Positions 37,184 through 47,161 of a stretch of DNA of 64,000 nt are shown one piece after another. Source of the DNA: a virus (taxonomy: Duplodnaviria; Caudoviricetes); the IMG/VR virus record IMGVR_UViG_3300028197_000002, one strand, 5' to 3'. Position 1 is the first letter of the stretch. The number at the start of each line of letters is the position of its first letter. Under the pieces are notes generated by a model. The model made no database searches, had not been told where the DNA came from, and was given only the letters and a program-made list of their open reading frames with translations. The position numbers and the translations under genes are program-made.

Positions 37184-38077
37184 ATGGAAAACATTAATTT
37201 TAAAGATTTCTTTGTAGATGACTCTTTTTATACAAAAAAAGGTCAAGCAGAGATACTTAAAAACAATTTGGATTTAGAAGTTCAAAAAAAAATTCTTTCT
37301 AGTAATAACGATCTTTACCGTTGTAATTGTGGCGTTCTTCTAACAAGAGAACAAGAGTTTAGTTTATTTAGAAGGTTTAATTATTTTAAATATAGAATTT
37401 CTGAAATTGAAAAATGGAAAACATCTAATTCTAATAAAGAAAGAGAACGAAATAAAAAAATTAAATCTATTTTAGACATTAGAGAAATAATTATAAAATG
37501 CAATACAAGATTAATGATAAACCCAGCTAAAAAATTCTCTAATTCTCAAGACTTGGATTCTGTTGAGTGTTCTGAATATATTTCAAATGGATATGTGCAT
37601 TTGTTTAAAGCTATAGATAAATTTGATTACAATAGAGGCTTTAAATTTTCTACTTATTTTTGTAATGTATTGTTTAGAAATTTATCAAGAGACAAACAAG
37701 TTCAAATAAATAAAACTATGAATCACCATGAGCTTGATGAAAAAACTATTTCGGTTGCTGCGGAAGATGAGACTCATCAAGAGCGAATTGCAAGTTATAA
37801 TGAAGTGTTCTTGAAGAATTTGATTGCCAAATTAGAAATAGAAGATAATGCTAATAGATTAAAAAAAAGATTTAGACGATGCGACAGTCGCCACATTTCG
37901 AGATCTGTTGTTTTGAAAAGAACTTATGGAATTTGTGGTGAAAGAAAGCATACTTTGAGAGAAGTGAGTAAAGATTTAGGGGTTTCTCATGAAAGAATAA
38001 GGCAAATAAGAATACAAGCAGAAGAATTTATAAAAAGTAATTTTAATACTTTCGAACTTTACGACCCAATGTTTTAA
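37184..38077 (+). CDS. sigma70-family RNA polymerase sigma factor
   Basis: Region 2 KAIDKFDYNRGFKFSTY, region 4 TLREVSKDLGVSHERIRQI; LLTREQEFSLFRRFNYFKY recalled as Planctomycete-type. Confidence 0.9.
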   Translation: MENINFKDFFVDDSFYTKKGQAEILKNNLDLEVQKKILSSNNDLYRCNCGVLLTREQEFSLFRRFNYFKYRISEIEKWKTSNSNKERERNKKIKSILDIREIIIKCNTRLMINPAKKFSNSQDLDSVECSEYISNGYVHLFKAIDKFDYNRGFKFSTYFCNVLFRNLSRDKQVQINKTMNHHELDEKTISVAAEDETHQERIASYNEVFLKNLIAKLEIEDNANRLKKRFRRCDSRHISRSVVLKRTYGICGERKHTLREVSKDLGVSHERIRQIRIQAEEFIKSNFNTFELYDPMF

Positions 38078-38089
38078 AGAGATATTTAA

Positions 38090-38752
38090 ATGAATATTAA
38101 CATCCCACCTTTTTATGCTTATATTCGTAGAGAGCATATGTTTGCCTACGAGAGTAATTTTGGAGAGTTTGAATATTGTTATGTTTTTGGAGCTAGAAGC
38201 CCTGCTGGAAGGGCTACGATGTTTCATTGCATGACAGAAGGAGGCGCACAAAGAGCAAACGTTCCTATTTCCGCCTTAGTCCACAATACAGATGATGAGG
38301 GTGGCTGGCAAGATCCTGAAGATTTAAGTTTAGAAGAGTTGCAACTTTGGGATTCATTTGGCAATAACATGAATGTTGTAGTTTTTGATTATTTGGCCTT
38401 TAAAAGGTGTCGAGTTGTATTTAGAGATAAAAGAGAAATTTGGGGAACTTATTTGATGACGTTTGATTGGGAAGACAACCCATATACAGATGCTCCTCAA
38501 GACTATAAGAATGCTCATCTTATAAAGTTAGATAATGGTTGCTTTGCTCTTCAACCCAATAATAGAATACTTTGGAGAGATAGTAATTTCATTACAAATC
38601 CATTAGATATTGATAATCTACCTAAATATAAAGTAGATAAAAAAGAGTTTGTTTGTGAAGTCTCAGATAGATGGACAGCGGAAGATACTGATTGTTTTTA
38701 TTATGATATTATAAATCATAATGACAAGGAAAATAGTGAAATCGACTCATGA
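38090..38752 (+). CDS. Conserved phage hypothetical protein
   Basis: NINIPPFYAYIRREH..LQLWDSF..LDNGCFALQPNNRI, recalled from aquatic phages; function unknown. Confidence 0.7.
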   Translation: MNINIPPFYAYIRREHMFAYESNFGEFEYCYVFGARSPAGRATMFHCMTEGGAQRANVPISALVHNTDDEGGWQDPEDLSLEELQLWDSFGNNMNVVVFDYLAFKRCRVVFRDKREIWGTYLMTFDWEDNPYTDAPQDYKNAHLIKLDNGCFALQPNNRILWRDSNFITNPLDIDNLPKYKVDKKEFVCEVSDRWTAEDTDCFYYDIINHNDKENSEIDS

Positions 38753-38942
38753 TTATGTAGTGGGACTCATAAGACCCACTACTAATTCTATTATTAAAGA
38801 TGTAAGAATTCCACGAAAAGTTTTTAAAGGCGTTGATTGTGGTGATTTTCTTACCATGAGTCAGGTGATTGATGAATGGCTTTTAAAGGATGGATTTGAA
38901 GGCTTTGCTGTTTGGAGCATGAAAATGGTTCCGAGAAATTAG
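38721..38942 (+). CDS. Small hypothetical protein
   Basis: ORF track. Confidence 0.45.
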   Translation: MTRKIVKSTHDYVVGLIRPTTNSIIKDVRIPRKVFKGVDCGDFLTMSQVIDEWLLKDGFEGFAVWSMKMVPRN

Positions 38943-38995
38943 CTTTACTTCTTTTTTTTTTAAGATAGAATATGTTGGAATAAAATATCATTATT

Positions 38996-39355
38996 TTGAG
39001 GGAATTTGCCATGAGTAAGTTAATTGATGGCGGATTTCCAATTTACATTCTTGATGACGACTCTATAGAATATTTGCAAGAAGATTGCGATCACTCAAGA
39101 TTTTGGAGTGAAACGGTCAGTAAAAAAGTTTCTCAAAACACAGGCATACCCTTGAGAATTTTAATTGATATGCCGTATTGTCAAAGAAGAGCTAGAGTTG
39201 TTGGAAGTAGGCTTTATTACGGCGAAAAGATGTCTGCTTCTCTTTTTAATAAAATAAAGAATATTTTAGAAATGGATTTGGTTTTGGTTCATGATGAACA
39301 TGAATCAAGATGTAAAATTAGCTTGATGCAATTCAATGGAATGAAAAGAATTTAA
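38996..39355 (+). CDS. Hypothetical protein
   Basis: ORF track; probable ATG start at 39011. Confidence 0.6.
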   Translation: MREFAMSKLIDGGFPIYILDDDSIEYLQEDCDHSRFWSETVSKKVSQNTGIPLRILIDMPYCQRRARVVGSRLYYGEKMSASLFNKIKNILEMDLVLVHDEHESRCKISLMQFNGMKRI

Positions 39356-39356
39356 A

Positions 39357-40655
39357 ATGAAAAAAACAAAGGAGCAAAAAAGAAGAACTAAAAATAAAAA
39401 TAAATTAAAAAGAAAAGCAAATAAGAAGAAACTTTTAAATGCTGCTTTTTTCAGAGCCATAGATTTTCTTGATGTCAAGAAATATTTCATGTCTTTGCCT
39501 AATGAAGTACGCAGGACTTTTTTAAAAGAAAGTTCTTGGCCTAGCTACAAAATTATTTTTCATTCTGGATGTAGAATGAAACAGTATAAACTTCACAGTC
39601 AACTTAAAGAAAGTCTTTTATTGACGATTGATAAAACACTTGAAAAAGTAGAATTAGAAGTTCAAAATAGAAAAATAAAATTTAATGACGTTCCTTTTCT
39701 TTTGACCGTTTATGGACTTTTTAATTTTTCATCTAAATTAGAAATAAAAAATGATAGTCATGAATTGAAAAAGATAAAATCTGTGTCCTTAAAAGCTATT
39801 GAAAAAATTCGTCCTCTTTTGCAAGATGCTAGGAAGTCTTATTTGGATGAATTTGTTAATTGTGCAATGCCTGTTGCTTTGATGCTTTTTGATTATGAAG
39901 GAGGGCATTATCCTGATTTTAAGATTCATAAAGACTCAAAAAATCGTGCATTTCCTGTAATATGCATTACTCCTTTGATTTTGAAAAAAGAAAAACTAAC
40001 CACTAAAGATGGTGGCGATAGGTTTGGGTTTCCTTGTGTTAATTTTGAAACGGATGGACTAAAAGTAAACCCTGTATTCTTCCCTTCAGGGACAATTGAA
40101 AACGAAGATATATTACACGTATACATTCAAGAACATGCAATAAGTAGACTAAAAGAAAGACTTGATCTTCCTATTGGGAAAAAACACTTGATGGAATTTT
40201 TAGGTAGGTCATTAGCAAACCCTGTTGTTGTGGGAAAAGATGGAGATTCTTTTTTAATTGAATATAAATTAGTTGGATATAAATTAGGCTATCTGATTGT
40301 TTCAAACGAAGGAAAGTACGCTTTAGTTAGAAGTTTCAAATTTATAACAATGACTGGAACTCCTGAGTTTAAGATGATAACGAAAAAACTTCGAGCATCT
40401 AAACATGACATGACCCATCTGAAACTTGATCAATTAGATTCGATGTTGTCTTCTGATTTATTCGAAGACCAGTTTATAAAAGATGTCCTTGTTGATTGTG
40501 ATTTGGGGCATCTTAATGAATTAGCGGAGTTAATGAAATCTCAAAGTGATTCTGATTTTGATTTTGATTTTAGCGAGCCATTAAAAATAGCAGATGATGT
40601 TAAAAAGTTACTTAAATTGGATGATTATCAAAATCCCAAATCAACAATAACATAA
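39357..40655 (+). CDS. Hypothetical protein (432 aa, basic N-terminus)
   Basis: Long ORF; YIQEHAISRLKERL motif; no confident family. Confidence 0.7.
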   Translation: MKKTKEQKRRTKNKNKLKRKANKKKLLNAAFFRAIDFLDVKKYFMSLPNEVRRTFLKESSWPSYKIIFHSGCRMKQYKLHSQLKESLLLTIDKTLEKVELEVQNRKIKFNDVPFLLTVYGLFNFSSKLEIKNDSHELKKIKSVSLKAIEKIRPLLQDARKSYLDEFVNCAMPVALMLFDYEGGHYPDFKIHKDSKNRAFPVICITPLILKKEKLTTKDGGDRFGFPCVNFETDGLKVNPVFFPSGTIENEDILHVYIQEHAISRLKERLDLPIGKKHLMEFLGRSLANPVVVGKDGDSFLIEYKLVGYKLGYLIVSNEGKYALVRSFKFITMTGTPEFKMITKKLRASKHDMTHLKLDQLDSMLSSDLFEDQFIKDVLVDCDLGHLNELAELMKSQSDSDFDFDFSEPLKIADDVKKLLKLDDYQNPKSTIT

Positions 40656-41248
40656 TGATTTCCGTTGTCTATAATATTATCTTCAAAATCCATTAGGTCA
40701 ATTCCGTATTTGTCTAGCTCGTTTATAGTTCTGAATAGTTCGCTTAATCTTTCATGCTCTTCAGGAGTATTTATGTTGTACATGTCTAGAACCTTTGCTT
40801 GCTTTTCTGTTGGTTCGTAGTCAAGCCAATCCGCCGCCTTGTCGAAATCTCCCATTAAAGCTAGCTCTAAAAAGTGGTCGCTTCTGTATTTCATTGAGTT
40901 TCCAGCGAGTTTTTCAACTATTATCGCAGAGGAATTTAATTCAGGAACTCTTTTTATTTTTTTCCCCTTTACCCAATCGAAAACCTTAACTATATTCTTA
41001 CTGTTAAGTCTTTGTGCTTTGACAACATTATCTACGTCTTCTTGATGAGATGTTATTTTTATTAATTTATTGGAGCTTTTGGGGTGTTGGTATAAAGTGG
41101 CAAACGAGCCTTCAGCTACCTTTTTCAGTGTCTTGCTGAAGCCTAGAATTTTTGATACATTTGATTTCTGGGTCTTTTCTTTTTGTAGAAATGGCGCGTC
41201 CCATAGTTGATCAAGTTTATTTTCGTTTAGCCAATCTTTAAATTCCAT
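40628..41248 (-). CDS. Protein-kinase-like fold enzyme with T4-type leader
   Basis: AEGSFA Gly-loop, LIKIT Lys, IVEKL, DFEDNI catalytic-like loop, VIVDLG; N-terminus MEFKDWLNE. Confidence 0.65.
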   Translation of the reverse strand: MEFKDWLNENKLDQLWDAPFLQKEKTQKSNVSKILGFSKTLKKVAEGSFATLYQHPKSSNKLIKITSHQEDVDNVVKAQRLNSKNIVKVFDWVKGKKIKRVPELNSSAIIVEKLAGNSMKYRSDHFLELALMGDFDKAADWLDYEPTEKQAKVLDMYNINTPEEHERLSELFRTINELDKYGIDLMDFEDNIIDNGNHYVIVDLGF

Positions 41249-41254
41249 GTAGGT

Positions 41255-41260
41255 TATTTA
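41255..41260 (-). promoter_or_regulatory. T4-like late promoter core (TAAATA)
   Basis: CATAAATA on the minus strand, 6 nt before the kinase ATG. Confidence 0.4.
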
Positions 41261-41565
41261 TGCAGCATGAAATTAAATACAAATATAAAAAAATAGTAAG
41301 TTATTATTTCACTGCTGAATATAGTGACTATTCAATACCGTATTTGATTGACAAGGTTAAGGTTTTAGTGCCTGATGATGAGGACGTTTTTGAAACTAGA
41401 ATAGAAGAGTTGCAGGATTCTGAACTTTTAAAGATGCGAATGAAGTGGAGAAAAAAAATAAATAAAATTTGCGAATCTTACAGGAAAGCAGATAAGCCTC
41501 CATCAGATGCGGCCAGAAAAATATCTAGTGTGTTGAAGTCTTTTACAGGAGTTGATTTCATATAA
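41260..41565 (+). CDS. Hypothetical protein
   Basis: ORF track. Confidence 0.55.
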   Translation: MQHEIKYKYKKIVSYYFTAEYSDYSIPYLIDKVKVLVPDDEDVFETRIEELQDSELLKMRMKWRKKINKICESYRKADKPPSDAARKISSVLKSFTGVDFI

Positions 41566-41582
41566 AGAAAGCGAGAGCTGAC

Positions 41583-41903
41583 ATGTCGAAAGATTTAGAT
41601 TCAATTTTTGCAGATTGGTTTGCAAAGAAATCTGAGAAAAAAGTCAATAAAATTGAAAAAAAATGGATTAAGGGCAATGAGCCTAATGATCCCGATGAAG
41701 ATTGCGGTGGCGATCATTGGCATGTTAATGAAATGATGCATTGTGGAGAGGCGTATGATATGACTTGGGACAATGCTAAAGAAGCATTTTTAGCTGGGGC
41801 TAATGGAGAAGAATGGGAGATGAGTATGAGCAACTCTCTGTTTTGTGATTTAGATGAAGTTATTTCAGATGCTTATGAACAAGGTAAAAAGGAGAATGAA
41901 TAA
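41583..41903 (+). CDS. Hypothetical acidic protein
   Basis: ORF track; TAATG coupling to next gene. Confidence 0.6.
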   Translation: MSKDLDSIFADWFAKKSEKKVNKIEKKWIKGNEPNDPDEDCGGDHWHVNEMMHCGEAYDMTWDNAKEAFLAGANGEEWEMSMSNSLFCDLDEVISDAYEQGKKENE

Positions 41904-42406
41904 TGGGTTGGGAAGTTAAAAATAATCAGTTTTTTTGTAACACAAGCGATACTTTTTTCGGCCCTTATTTAGATGAGTCAATTTGGCCCGACATGGATTG
42001 GGGATGGGATCAACCTAAGACTAGACTTTTTTATGATTGTTTTTGTGATTTTCTTGAAACGAAACCCGTAAAAGGTTTAACAGGAGATGATCCGAGGAGC
42101 TTTTCCAAAAAACAGTTGGAAAAAGTAGTTGGTCTATGGGAAGAACTTTGGATGCGACTAGAAATTGCAGTTGCAGATTTGCCATCTACTGCAAAAGAAA
42201 TGGGACTAAACCTTTCGGATAACATTAGTTCTTCTGAGAATTTATTTCGTTATATTTACGATTCTCATCAAAAAGCCTTGAAGAAAGTTGCTAAAAAGAA
42301 AGTTGCTAAAAAGAAAGTTGCTAAAAAGAAAGTTGCTAAAAAGAAAGTTGTTAAAAAGAAAGTTGTTAAAAAGAAAGTAAAGAAAAAGACTGTTAGGAAA
42401 GGTTAG
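41903..42406 (+). CDS. Hypothetical protein with histone H1-like (KKVAK)n tail
   Basis: C-terminal KKVAK x4 plus KKVVK x2. Confidence 0.7.
   Translation: MGWEVKNNQFFCNTSDTFFGPYLDESIWPDMDWGWDQPKTRLFYDCFCDFLETKPVKGLTGDDPRSFSKKQLEKVVGLWEELWMRLEIAVADLPSTAKEMGLNLSDNISSSENLFRYIYDSHQKALKKVAKKKVAKKKVAKKKVAKKKVVKKKVVKKKVKKKTVRKG
42281..42378 (+). repeat. 15-bp coding tandem repeat
   Basis: AAGAAAGTTGCTAAA x4, AAGAAAGTTGTTAAA x2, plus a partial copy. Confidence 0.95.
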
Positions 42407-42409
42407 ATA

Positions 42410-42733
42410 ATGTATAGTTTTTTAAATTTTGTAAATCGAAAATGGAATCAAATTGTTTTTTGGTTTCATGATTTTAGCGTTAGACTTGATGTTAGTTGGA
42501 TGGTCCGAGCTTCAGTGTGGGCGTATGATAAAATGTATTGGGAGTTACCAGAGAAATATCAGACTATAAATGGTGTCTCTCTAAGAGAATGTAAGTTGGA
42601 ACGAGAACTTGAGGTTGCAAGGCATCAAATGCAATATTATGCCAATTATGCAAATGATCTTCAGTGGCAGCTTATAAATATGATGCCAGAGGTGGTAGAA
42701 GAAAAAGAAGAAAAAGAATTGATAGAAATGTAG
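42410..42733 (+). CDS. Hypothetical protein
   Basis: ORF track. Confidence 0.55.
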   Translation: MYSFLNFVNRKWNQIVFWFHDFSVRLDVSWMVRASVWAYDKMYWELPEKYQTINGVSLRECKLERELEVARHQMQYYANYANDLQWQLINMMPEVVEEKEEKELIEM

Positions 42734-42738
42734 ATTTA

Positions 42739-44466
42739 TTAAAAAAATGACAGATAGTCTATTGTTTTATTTGTTGTTATGTGAGGATTAACAAAATTTT
42801 CTTCAAAATACTTCTTGTTCTTATTAGTTTTTTGAAGACTTGTGTTCAAATCAAATTCTTTGAATTGTCTAATTATTTCTTGGCTGTTGTTTTTATGGTT
42901 TTTTATAACTAAAAAGTTTTCTAGACTATAGGCAGGATGCTCATATCTTATGTTTTTTTCACATACTATAACTTTGTGATTCATGTATAGGCTCTCTAGA
43001 ACCACAATTGGACAAGGGTCATATTTACTAGTTAAAAATAAATAGTCACATTCTTCTAGAATTGAGTGTGGATTTTTTAAAACATCTATAAACTTGAGGT
43101 TTGGTGCATTTGTTTCTATTTGACCACCAATCCATACAAAGTCATACTCTGGACAGGCTTTAGCTGTTTCAATAAATAGTTTGAAATTTTTTCTAGGAAT
43201 GGGAGTTCCACACATCCCAATTTTTACACGTTCGTTTTGTTTTTTTCTATTTTCATTTTCATCAATTTTCATAAGTCTATTTTTATGAATAAATTCTGGC
43301 ACAACAAAAGTTTTTCTTTTTATTTCTGAAGAAAAATTAAAATGATTTTGTATCTTATTTCTGATTATTTGTGCTACAAAAAATGTTGCTTTAGAGTTGG
43401 TGATTAAACTAAACAATCCTTGATCTGGTTCTTGCCAAAATTTCCTAAAATCTTTCATTATGCTTTCATAGGTTTCATGAAAATGATATATTGTCTTGTT
43501 TGCAAGATGTGAAAATGCACTGTCTCGAATCATAGGGCTGAGAGAATTGCTGTAGATGAGTTTAGGTTTATTTTTATTTAAAATATCTAATAAGTTGTTG
43601 GCATTGTAATAGAATGCATGTGTAATTTTTTTATTTAGGACAAAGCAATCACTGGGGTTAGGATTTAAGAACACTACATTTTCATGACCTTGATCCACCA
43701 GATAGTTGGCTAAGTCTTGAGCGAAGAATGGTGCTCCTGTCACTGTAGAAGAATGGTTCACAATGACTATAGCTTCTTTTGGCAACTTTATTATATTAGG
43801 TTTTTTTAACTCTTTAATTCTGAACCCAGCATCTCGGATAATTTGCCCCAATAACCTTTCTGCTAAATGTGTAAAAGAACCACCACTCACATACCCGTTT
43901 GGCATTTTATCATACCATTCATCTATAATTTCATTTGTTAAGATTTTTATTATAACTTTAAAATCAACCATGAACATTGTGCAAGATACAAATTCTAGGC
44001 TTTGAAGTTTGTTTTCATACCAACGTTTTTGCTTCAAAACCTGATATCCACACATTTTGTAATCACTTTGAATAAGTGTAGAGATATTTTTCTTTATAGT
44101 ATCATCTGATGAAATTAGAGAGTCTACTAATAAATTTCTTCTTTTAAAAAGCTGTTCTTCACTTTTTTTTCGATGGACGTTTTTAGTGTGTAATTTTATT
44201 AAATAACCATAATTTTTTTTTCGAATCTTTTTTAATGTTTTTAAGAATGGTCCAATGTCCATGCCTTTATTTGGATATTTGTCAATTTTTGCGTTTGGAA
44301 ATGATTTTAATATTTCATTAGAAATATCTTTATTTTCATCACATAAAGTGATGTAAAGATCAAATTTTGCTTTTAGCTTTTTGAGTTTTTCTTCAAAGTA
44401 CCACCAGTGGTCTGTGTAGTAGACATGTAGAACTATTGCTATTTTTGTGTTGGCATATTTTATCAT
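42739..44466 (-). CDS. Rhamnan synthesis F (RgpF)-like domain fused to a GT-B (GT4-like) domain
   Basis: IVLHVYY, NKGMDIGPF, KLHTK, HLAERL; C-terminal RKNF..F, LFLTSKYDPCPIVVLESL. Confidence 0.8.
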   Translation of the reverse strand: MIKYANTKIAIVLHVYYTDHWWYFEEKLKKLKAKFDLYITLCDENKDISNEILKSFPNAKIDKYPNKGMDIGPFLKTLKKIRKKNYGYLIKLHTKNVHRKKSEEQLFKRRNLLVDSLISSDDTIKKNISTLIQSDYKMCGYQVLKQKRWYENKLQSLEFVSCTMFMVDFKVIIKILTNEIIDEWYDKMPNGYVSGGSFTHLAERLLGQIIRDAGFRIKELKKPNIIKLPKEAIVIVNHSSTVTGAPFFAQDLANYLVDQGHENVVFLNPNPSDCFVLNKKITHAFYYNANNLLDILNKNKPKLIYSNSLSPMIRDSAFSHLANKTIYHFHETYESIMKDFRKFWQEPDQGLFSLITNSKATFFVAQIIRNKIQNHFNFSSEIKRKTFVVPEFIHKNRLMKIDENENRKKQNERVKIGMCGTPIPRKNFKLFIETAKACPEYDFVWIGGQIETNAPNLKFIDVLKNPHSILEECDYLFLTSKYDPCPIVVLESLYMNHKVIVCEKNIRYEHPAYSLENFLVIKNHKNNSQEIIRQFKEFDLNTSLQKTNKNKKYFEENFVNPHITTNKTIDYLSFF

Positions 44467-44485
44467 TTATTTCTATATATCTTTT

Positions 44486-45214
44486 ATGGAAAGTTTTAAC
44501 AATTGGCTTATAAGAGAGCAAAGTAGCAAAAAAACAGTTTTATCTGTATTTGACTTCGATGGAACAATAGCAAATGTCCCAGAAAAACCTAGTTCAGATG
44601 ATAAGAAGCATCATTGGGATGGAAAAGATTGGTGGGGTTCGTCTGCTTCTTTAGAGCCTCCTTTCTATGATGGTTGGGTCAATGATGAAGTTGTGAGTGC
44701 TTTTAAAAAAGCCAAATCTGATCCTGAAACACATGCTATTCTTCTCACTGGAAGAAGAGGTGTTAATTCTCATGCTGTAAGGACTGTTCTTCGCAATCAA
44801 GGTCTTCATGGCAGAAGGATTATTCCTGATTCTAATCAAAAAGAAAAAAATAAGTACAAAGATCTTATAGATCAAAAAAAAGATATTCCTCATAAAATGA
44901 ATCATGATTCTCATGATGAGTATTTTAGTGGAGATCATAGAACCGAGCCTAAGTATCCTATTGATCCTAATAGTAAAAAAGGCAAACCAGCAGGTGATAC
45001 AATGAGTCACAAGACTTATGTAGTTAAAAATTTAATGCATGATGGGATCAGAGAAGTTCACTTTTGGGATGATAGAGATGATCATGTTGACAATTGGATC
45101 AAGTTGGCAAAAGAACTAAAAGAAAAATATTCTAATTTAAAAATAATTTTACATAAAGTAAATCCTCCTAGTTCTTCAAAACAGAAAGCCAAGATTGATC
45201 ATATTAATATTTAA
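44486..45214 (+). CDS. HAD-family phosphatase (Swiss-Army-knife RNA-repair type) with T4-type leader
   Basis: VFDFDGT, WW, LLTGRR, FWDDR; N-terminus MESFNNWLIRE. Confidence 0.75.
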   Translation: MESFNNWLIREQSSKKTVLSVFDFDGTIANVPEKPSSDDKKHHWDGKDWWGSSASLEPPFYDGWVNDEVVSAFKKAKSDPETHAILLTGRRGVNSHAVRTVLRNQGLHGRRIIPDSNQKEKNKYKDLIDQKKDIPHKMNHDSHDEYFSGDHRTEPKYPIDPNSKKGKPAGDTMSHKTYVVKNLMHDGIREVHFWDDRDDHVDNWIKLAKELKEKYSNLKIILHKVNPPSSSKQKAKIDHINI

Positions 45215-45225
45215 AGGATATAACA

Positions 45226-45597
45226 ATGAGTTACACAGCACTTGTTTTAGACAAAGATTCTAGAGATAAGTTGATTTCTAGATTCAAAGATGACATCCCA
45301 GAAGGATGGAAAGTTATTGCACATCACATGACAATAAATATGGGAGATGCAGAAGGCGGTCCTGCTGAAAATATGGTTGGGGATGAAGCGCCTTTAACTG
45401 TAAAGACATTTGCTAAAGATGATTTAGTTATGGCGGTTGGAGTTGTTTCGCCTGTTCCAAGTAAAAATGATATAAAACACATCACTTTAGCCGTCAATAG
45501 AAAAGAAGGAGGGAAGCCTTTTTTTAGCAACAAGTTGAAAGATTGGAATTCAGTTGCCCCTCTGGTTTTAAAAGGTCTTGTCAAGGTTGTTAATTAG
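45226..45597 (+). CDS. 2H phosphoesterase (tRNA-ligase cyclic phosphodiesterase-like)
   Basis: Two HxT motifs: HHMTINMG and KHITLAVN. Confidence 0.8.
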   Translation: MSYTALVLDKDSRDKLISRFKDDIPEGWKVIAHHMTINMGDAEGGPAENMVGDEAPLTVKTFAKDDLVMAVGVVSPVPSKNDIKHITLAVNRKEGGKPFFSNKLKDWNSVAPLVLKGLVKVVN

Positions 45598-45651
45598 CCA
45601 ACTAATCTTTTATGAAATTTGCATTTGACAATGATGCCAATTGAAATTTGT

Positions 45652-46536
45652 TTAAGTATCGCATTGCCCAAGGATTTTTTTATCGGCGTGAGTTGAGTTT
45701 TGTTGGTTATATTTAAAATTGTTTAAAATCATTAAAGTTTCTTTTATCCAATCTTGTTTCGAATTTGTTTTTTTCATAACTAATGAACGAAATCCTTCTG
45801 GAGGATGTTCATCATTATCAGAAAACCACAACAACTCTGGATTTACCAACAAATTAACAAGATTATTTTTTTTATAATAATCATAAAATTCTGGAACTTT
45901 AAAAGGATGATTTTCTTCGTAAGCAACACCAAGAAGCATAGGCCAAGCTATTTCTAAAGTCATAGAAAATTGATAATAATTATCGTTATAAGAAAGAACG
46001 TTGAAAATATGTTGCCAAAAACTTTTTGGGAATCTTTTAATAGTCTCGCTTTTCACTATGCATTGTGAAGATGGAGGAAAACAAACAAATGATGGTGGTG
46101 TCATTACTATATTTAAATTCATGTAATTCCACATTTCTTTAAACTGATATAGGTAGTTGTTTCTTTTTTCAAAATTATAAATGGCAGTAGTTTTTGAATT
46201 CCAATGATTCTCTATATCTCCATTCAAATTATAAAAATGATCCTTCAATTTAATTTTTTTTAATTTTTCAAAATTATGTGACATTGAAAATTGTTGATGG
46301 AATGAATTTTCGTGACCATGTATAAATCCTACATATTCAGGCATTTCATTCCAACGAGTCAAAATATAATGAATATAAGATCTAAATTCCTCCGCCCCCA
46401 CATTTTCAATTTTTTCAAAATTCTTTATTGGCAAGTTCTTTTTAGATTTGGAAACTACCAAATAATCAATCCCAGATTTTTCTATCCAAGAGATTTCTTC
46501 ATTATAATGAGATGAAACTATTATCAAGTCGTTCAT
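45652..46536 (-). CDS. DUF3431-like protein
   Basis: IVSSHYNEEISW, NVGAEE..YIHYI, FIHGHENSFHQ. Confidence 0.8.
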   Translation of the reverse strand: MNDLIIVSSHYNEEISWIEKSGIDYLVVSKSKKNLPIKNFEKIENVGAEEFRSYIHYILTRWNEMPEYVGFIHGHENSFHQQFSMSHNFEKLKKIKLKDHFYNLNGDIENHWNSKTTAIYNFEKRNNYLYQFKEMWNYMNLNIVMTPPSFVCFPPSSQCIVKSETIKRFPKSFWQHIFNVLSYNDNYYQFSMTLEIAWPMLLGVAYEENHPFKVPEFYDYYKKNNLVNLLVNPELLWFSDNDEHPPEGFRSLVMKKTNSKQDWIKETLMILNNFKYNQQNSTHADKKILGQCDT

Positions 46537-46590
46537 AAATTTATTATAGTATAAAAATCTTTTTGTTTACTTGTGGGATGAAAAAAGGTC

Positions 46591-46649
46591 TTAATATTAA
46601 AAACAAAAGTGATTTAAGTTTTTGACTTTAGAAGTATTAATTATTATTT
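46591..46649 (+). repeat. Direct repeat copy 1
   Basis: 46599-46649 is identical over 51 bp to 47874-47924; includes the ferredoxin last codon and stop. Confidence 0.92.
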
Positions 46650-47021
46650 GGCGGCTTTGAGTTCTGCCAAATTCTGCGCCGTTTCGACGAGGCGATCCCA
46701 ATTTTCCTCTATGTACGCCGGAGGCCCACCCATATCGGCCTGTGCCACTGCTATCTCTTCAGTAGGAACCATCTCGATAGCATCCCAAGGACAAACTTTA
46801 ACATCATACATTTTACCCTTATTACCGGGAACATGAATGCATTGTTCACAACCTATACAAGTAGATAGATCAATCTCGCACCATTGAGTTACTCCCTGTT
46901 TTATCTGGAATATACAATCGACAGGGCATACTTCTAAACAAGCCTCACAACCGGTGCAATTATCTGCCTGAATGATTGCTAATTCTTTTGGAATCTTTTT
47001 TCTCACTGCTTTTTTTGCCAT
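46644..47021 (-). CDS. 2[4Fe-4S] dicluster ferredoxin
   Basis: CTGCEACLEVCP and CIGCEQC...VCPWD; visibly GC-richer than flanks. Confidence 0.92.
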   Translation of the reverse strand: MAKKAVRKKIPKELAIIQADNCTGCEACLEVCPVDCIFQIKQGVTQWCEIDLSTCIGCEQCIHVPGNKGKMYDVKVCPWDAIEMVPTEEIAVAQADMGGPPAYIEENWDRLVETAQNLAELKAAK

Positions 47022-47061
47022 AAATCAACCCCGTCTGCACAAATCTATCTGTAATTAGATA

Positions 47062-47101
47062 TTAATATTAAAAATAAAAGTGATTTAAGTTTTTGACTTT
47101 A
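47062..47101 (+). repeat. Direct repeat copy 2 (partial)
   Basis: TTAATATTAAAAAtAAAAGTGATTTAAGTTTTTGACTTTA, 39/40 identical to 46591-46630. Confidence 0.9.
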
Positions 47102-47161
47102 TAATGAAAAAATTTTTTTTAATGGTACAATAGAATCTTAACTTTGGGATAATTTCAATCA

